DNA from: Vitrella brassicaformis CCMP3155
Lineage: Eukaryota; Protista; Chromerida
NCBI GenBank assembly: GCA_001179505.1
Contig: CDMY01000628.1
Location: forward strand, 1-40,189
Direction of reading: 5' to 3'
DNA: 40,189 nt
The translations under genes and the position numbers were made by a program. The notes under the pieces are model-generated. The model worked only from the letters and a program-made list of their open reading frames with translations. It ran no database searches and had not been told where the DNA came from. The first letter of the stretch is position 1; each line of letters opens with the position of its first letter. Positions 35,667 to 40,189 of the stretch are shown in pieces.

Positions 35667-35973
35667 ACATTGAGAAGTGAGGGCGAGAGAGATATATAGA
35701 CTCATGGATGTGTGTGTTCTTTGTTACATCATTCGTGTCCTTTTATTCCAAAACGTAAGGGGGCCCTGGAAACGGGCGGGTGGGCGGGCGGGTGGGCTAA
35801 ATCGGAGTGTGTGGATGTGTGAGATATATGCGTACGTGTGTTGGTAATTCCTGTGTATCTAGCTGGAGCGGCCGATCATGCACGCTCCTTTCTTCTTGCT
35901 TGCTTCCTTCCTACATCGGTTCCTTCCTTTCTCCCTCCCCCGGCCCTCTCTTTCTTTCTGCATTGATTCACTC

Positions 35974-35996
35974 ATTGATTGATTGATTGATTGATT
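35974..35996 (+). repeat. (GATT)n microsatellite, intergenic
   Basis: attgattgattgattgattgatt read directly. Confidence 0.85.
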
Positions 35997-36385
35997 CGTT
36001 CATAGATGAAGTGCGCTGTGCTGTCCGCTCGCTCGACAACCCAAATGGTGGGACTGTCTGCGAGAGTCAGCTGGCCAGCCAGCCACCATGACCCTCTGAT
36101 CGTATCTTCTTCTGTTGCATTGCATGTTCGAGGGGACGATTTCATGAATCCTAGACACAGATGAGATACATGGTGCGTCGCTTTAGTGGGCGCGACTCGC
36201 ATGGCCATGTGTGCGTGGATGTTCATGTATTGCTCGCTTTGTTGTCGCACCGGTGCATGGTGAATGTTGAACCGTAAATATTGACATTGCCGGTGCTCAC
36301 CCGAACGCGAAGATGCTTGGAAGAACCTTAGAGGGCCCACGGCCCGTAAGCGATGGACGTACCATCACCCACAAAAAGGACGCGC

Positions 36386-37588
36386 ATGGCACAGCTCACA
36401 CAGGCAGCCATCGTAGGCCGCCGTTGGCGGGTATGCCGATTGAGTGACCTTGTCATCATCATGAGCCTTCTCCTGCCGGCTGCCTCGGTAGGTGCACCCA
36501 CACACCACTGCACGAGACGGGGATGCATGTCGGGGGGCCGACGGGGGCTTTACAATGACAATGTTGCCATCCGTCCGGTGCCGTGGCACTGAATCACACC
36601 GGTGAGCGATGGGCTGTGCACAAGAGACGCAGTGAGGCAGCCCCGTCTCATGTGCGGATGATGCAGCCGGAGTCTCATCGCATCGCTCGCTGGCCGCCAC
36701 GCTGCCCACTGGCCATGGCGGGCTCCAGTTGGCCGGTGAGGACCCATGTCTGATGCCCGACAACTGGCAGAAGCGGTGGAAGAAGATTATCGGAGGGGAA
36801 GTCATGCTAGAGATTTATCGGAGGGAGATGACGAAGCCTCCCGGCTTGACTCGCAAGACCCTGAAATTCGAATGGTACACCGCGTGTTCCCCGTATTCTT
36901 TGGTCTTCATGCTCACATCTTTCCATCCAAGTGTGCCTTCAGGTTGGAGCCTGGCGAGAAGATAGCCGAACCGCCCCTGTTTCAGGTCAACACCGACCTG
37001 CCTGCAAGCAAAGGGGTCGGGAGAGAGGCCGTCTGCAGCATCCACTACTGGGTCCAGCTGATCAAATGGTTCTCCCCCCTGTCCACTTCCACTTCACTGC
37101 GCGAGTACGGCTACTGCGGCCAGCAGGGAGACCGCGTGTGTGCCTGTGTCTCCATGCCTGGAGAGAGCTTCAAGCAGTGCAAACCCCTCGAGGGAGAGCC
37201 GACGGCCGAGCAGGACAACGAGGCGACGAAGCTGGGCAGAAAACTGGCCAGCCTGCTGCCCCCCGCCGGCGGCGACAAGAAGGGAATGGGACAGCAGTGC
37301 ACCAAGGACGACGACTGCTACACGCCTCACCTCGTGGCCGAGTACCAGAAGCCAGGCATCAAGTGCTTCAAGGCGGAGAAGAATGCCGCGGACGGAATCT
37401 GCAAGGTGACCGAATGTGCAGCCATACACGCTCGCGTACACACGTGTGTGTGGGTGCAGCTGGAAGCGGCCGAGGGCGAGGTCTGCGACAGGACCCACGA
37501 GTGCGGGCCCCGGCTTGGCTGCTTCAAAAAACTCTGGCTTTCCGGCAGCCAGCGTACTTTCGGTACAGGAACGTGCAAGAAAATCTGA
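36386..37588 (+). CDS. Small probably secreted protein with a Dickkopf/colipase-like Cys-rich C-terminal domain
   Basis: Hydrophobic LSDLVIIMSLLLPAAS exon; ..RKTLKFEW/LEPGEK.. junction is phase-compatible; C-terminus GQQCTKDDDCY..IKCF..GICK/LEAAEGEVCDRTHECGPRLGCF..GTCKKI*. Confidence 0.55.
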
Positions 37589-38333
37589 TTGTAAGGCAGC
37601 TGGGCAGGCAGCCGAGCAAAGAGAAGACAGACCGACAGACAGACACTGAAATTGATACGTTTCGGTAGCTCTTTCTTTTCTTTTTTTTCTTGAGAGAGAG
37701 GCGAACTCGAAGCTGCGATTAGGCGACGGACACACACATACATACAGACACAGAAATGGACACAGGTTTTTTTTAGTCGCTAACTAAACGAACGCCGAGG
37801 CATGCCAGACGGCTGCAAAAAGTCCAGTCCACCGGCAAGGTGTGCTCCCTGACCGACGGCTTTGACGGGCAAGAGCCTGGCTGCGGGCGAGTGCAAGGGC
37901 GGTACAGTCGTCGATCTGCAGCTGCAGCCCCGTCTCCCGAGCAATCGTGGGCCAAATAATCTGTGGAGCCCATACGACTGACAAAACGGTTGTCGCGGAC
38001 AGCGCAGACACTGAAAATCGAGAACCGACCGACAACGTCCAGCCAGATGGTTTCTTCTGTATGGCTGGATCGATGGATGGATGGACGGAGACACCAGCCT
38101 GGGTGCAGGGTTTCGAAGTGACTGAATCGATTCGATGGCCGGATGCGTTTGCAAGTCCGCCAACCGATTTATTGATCATGTCTCAAAACGAAGAGGCACG
38201 GCACAGACAGACAGACAGCTACCGGTCTCATGTGGGGTGGGTATCCAAGCCCATCCATCCATCCATCCATGGCATGAAGCCATGACCCAATAAACGATCA
38301 AAGACAGCTGGCGGGAGCTTCTTGCTAGCTGTC

Positions 38334-38633
38334 NNNNNNNNNNNNNNNNNNNNNNNNNNNNNNNNNNNNNNNNNNNNNNNNNNNNNNNNNNNNNNNNNNN
38401 NNNNNNNNNNNNNNNNNNNNNNNNNNNNNNNNNNNNNNNNNNNNNNNNNNNNNNNNNNNNNNNNNNNNNNNNNNNNNNNNNNNNNNNNNNNNNNNNNNNN
38501 NNNNNNNNNNNNNNNNNNNNNNNNNNNNNNNNNNNNNNNNNNNNNNNNNNNNNNNNNNNNNNNNNNNNNNNNNNNNNNNNNNNNNNNNNNNNNNNNNNNN
38601 NNNNNNNNNNNNNNNNNNNNNNNNNNNNNNNNN
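38334..38633. other. Assembly gap (300 N)
   Basis: Run of N. Confidence 1.
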
Positions 38634-38699
38634 CCCTCCCCTCCTCACACACACACACACACACACACATATGGCCATCCAAGGCCGGTTAACCAGTGA

Positions 38700-39714
38700 G
38701 TGACCAATGCACTCTCTCTCTCTCTCTCTCTCGGCCACGATCACCAACGGCGGTATGCTATGCGATGTCGTCATAGTTGGCCCCCCCTCTCTCTGTTCCC
38801 GGCTCCGGTGGCTGCTCGCCAGATGGCAACGGGGGCTGCGGCGGCTGCTGTTGCTGCGAAGCCAGCAGACACGTGGACACCACACCACACCCCACACACA
38901 CGAATCACGTGTGTCTCCCCACACACACGAATCACGTGTGTCTCTGTCCATCTGCTCAAGGGCGCACCTGTGCTGCCGGCTGCTGCTGCTGCTGGTGCTG
39001 CTGCTGTGGTTGTTGCTGTTGCTGTTGCTGCTGCTGCTGCTGCTGCTGCATTTGCATGATTGCCTGCGCCTGCACATGGGCCTGCTGCATCTGGCACCAC
39101 ACACACACATACACACATGCAGAGAGAAGTGCGTCTTGCGTTGGGAGAGGGAGAGGGCGCGCGGAGGGAGGGGCAGCGGACGGACGGACATGACATACCA
39201 TTGCAGCCGAGTACATCGTGGCAGCCTGCTGTGCGGGGTGGAGAAAAAAGGCGGGAGGCGCAATCGGCGCCACGGGAGCCATGCCGGCATAACCACCATA
39301 CATCGCTACACCCCAACCACACACACCAAGACGCAGTATGTATGTATGAGTGCACTCACTTACTCACTCATGTTCTTTCCCAGACGTACGTCACCGGACG
39401 AGGGCCGCGCCATTCGTGTCGTCGTGCCGCAAGGGGGCGGGACAGGATGACCGGGCTGCGGGGTCGTGCTCCTGTCTCAACCAGACGCGGCTGCTGCTCC
39501 TGCTGACTCACTCTTTGTTTGAAGAAGCCGTCTGATGACGATGCCGCCGGCGCCGCTGGTGCTGGTGCTGGTGGTGGTGCTGGTGGTTGGGACGCCGGCT
39601 GCTCTTGCTGCTCGCCTGTGTGTCGAAACAGACGAGCACGGGAACACACATGACATGCATTTGTGAGTGGTGTTTGGTGTGTGGTGTGGACGTACTCGGC
39701 TGGTGCTGGTCTCC
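38700..39714 (-). CDS. Partial low-complexity Gln/Pro/Ala-rich protein containing a polyQ tract
   Basis: Exon-like segments AMYGGYAGMAPVAPIAPPAFFLHPAQQAATMYSAAM / MQQAHVQAQAIMQMQQQQQQQQQQQQQPQQQHQQQQQPAAQ / QQQPPQPPLPSGEQPPEP with GT-AG boundaries; upstream exon frames ambiguous. Confidence 0.55.
38890..38943 (+). repeat. Perfect 27-bp tandem duplication (CCCCACACACACGAATCACGTGTGTCT x2), intronic
   Basis: Units 38890-38916 and 38917-38943 read directly. Confidence 0.9.
38981..39050 (-). repeat. CAG/CAA trinucleotide repeat encoding polyQ
   Basis: (CTG/TTG)n on the + strand inside an exon-like segment. Confidence 0.9.
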
Positions 39715-39737
39715 CTGACCGGACATACTCCCTGACC

Positions 39738-40124
39738 ATCTGTATTACGGATCCTGACGCAACATCTTACGCTTCCAAGAACCGATCGACCAAGTCCATC
39801 CTGAAGCAGCACGAGACCGCCAAGAAGAAGAAATACCGCTCGGCCGTCTGCGACTCCCGCGTGACCTTCTGCCCTCTGGTGGTGACGTGTGACGGTGTGT
39901 GGGGACACGATGCCAACGTGTTCATCGCCCACATGGCTCATGCGCTGTTGGAGAAGGAGGGGTGGAAGGGTCGGGGGTTCAGTCATGTGTCTGGATGGAT
40001 TCGCTCTCGCTTGTCTATCGCCCTCGCGCGTGCGACTAGCTTCTGTCTGCGTGGGGGAGGGAGGGGAGGGTTTGCGGGACTGGGGTGTGCTGATGGGGCG
40101 GGGATTGATCCCTCCTCCCCTTGA
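39738..40124 (+). mobile_element. 5'-truncated remnant of a CRE-like non-LTR retrotransposon (C-terminal restriction-like endonuclease region)
   Basis: Intron-free open frame ICITDPDATSY..KSILKQHETAKKKKYRSAVCDSRVTFCPLVVTCDGVWGHDANVFIAHMAHALLEKEGWKG..SHVSGWIRSRLSIALARATSFCLRG matches the RLE C-terminus of CRE-clade elements (DxxxxDxDaxSY..ExxKxxKY..F.PlV.s.dG..G.ea..W..ys.v.gw.R.RlsiAl.Ra...ClRG). Confidence 0.8.
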
Positions 40125-40189
40125 GCCTGTTTGAGTCTGCGTGCTGATGGGACTGTATTTGTATGAGTATCACGGACACACAGACGAGT

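Noticed and set aside
36783-36827. Imperfect repeat GATT(T)ATCGGAGGG(G)A twice
   Set aside because: Only two degenerate copies inside an exon; no spacer array or regulatory context.
37773-38285. Several 110-130 aa ORFs on both strands before the gap
   Set aside because: Could contain a terminal exon (e.g. ..GTVVDLQLQPRLPSNRGPNNLWSPYD*), but strand and frame cannot be fixed and the gap hides the rest.
38176-39299. Long ORFs spanning the N gap
   Set aside because: Artefacts of translating N; the flanks are microsatellite-rich intronic or intergenic DNA.
1-40189. Frequent TGCATG(CA), GTGCAC, CACACA and GTGTGT motifs resembling known ApiAP2 binding sites
   Set aside because: Mostly explained by intronic dinucleotide microsatellites and tgcag acceptor context; no positional enrichment can be shown from this window.
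1-40189. CRISPR arrays, tRNA, rRNA, telomeric repeats, prokaryotic operon features
   Set aside because: No regularly spaced repeat-spacer array, cloverleaf or rRNA signature seen; the DNA is clearly spliceosomal-intron-containing eukaryotic sequence.

Overview
Gene-dense, GC-rich, intron-rich eukaryotic DNA. Introns are short (about 50-150 nt), GT-AG, and filled with (GT)n/(CA)n/(CTGT)n/(GATG)n microsatellites, so most six-frame ORFs are spurious or exon fragments. Gene models below were spliced by hand. Red-alga-type bipartite plastid-targeting presequences, a targeted derlin and AP2-like modules suggest a chromerid alga such as Vitrella (inference only). Well-supported genes: NYN-domain nuclease, polycystin-2 (TRPP) channel, presequence-bearing Der1 (SELMA-like), DUF1499 plastid protein, a large secreted Ig-like/NHL/PAN/EGF protein, an intronless sphingolipid delta-4 desaturase, a START-domain protein, lipase maturation factor, a secreted beta-propeller protein and a small Cys-rich secreted protein. 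There are also several orphan genes, a 300-N gap and a 5'-truncated CRE-like non-LTR retrotransposon remnant. The most striking signals are (1) one spliced gene at 18989-23511(-) with nine divergent, AP2-like three-strand-plus-helix modules and (2) the secreted protein at 13228-18725(-) with six copies of an unnamed two-Cys repeat and two +1 frame breaks, both at C-runs. No rRNA, tRNA or CRISPR array was seen.
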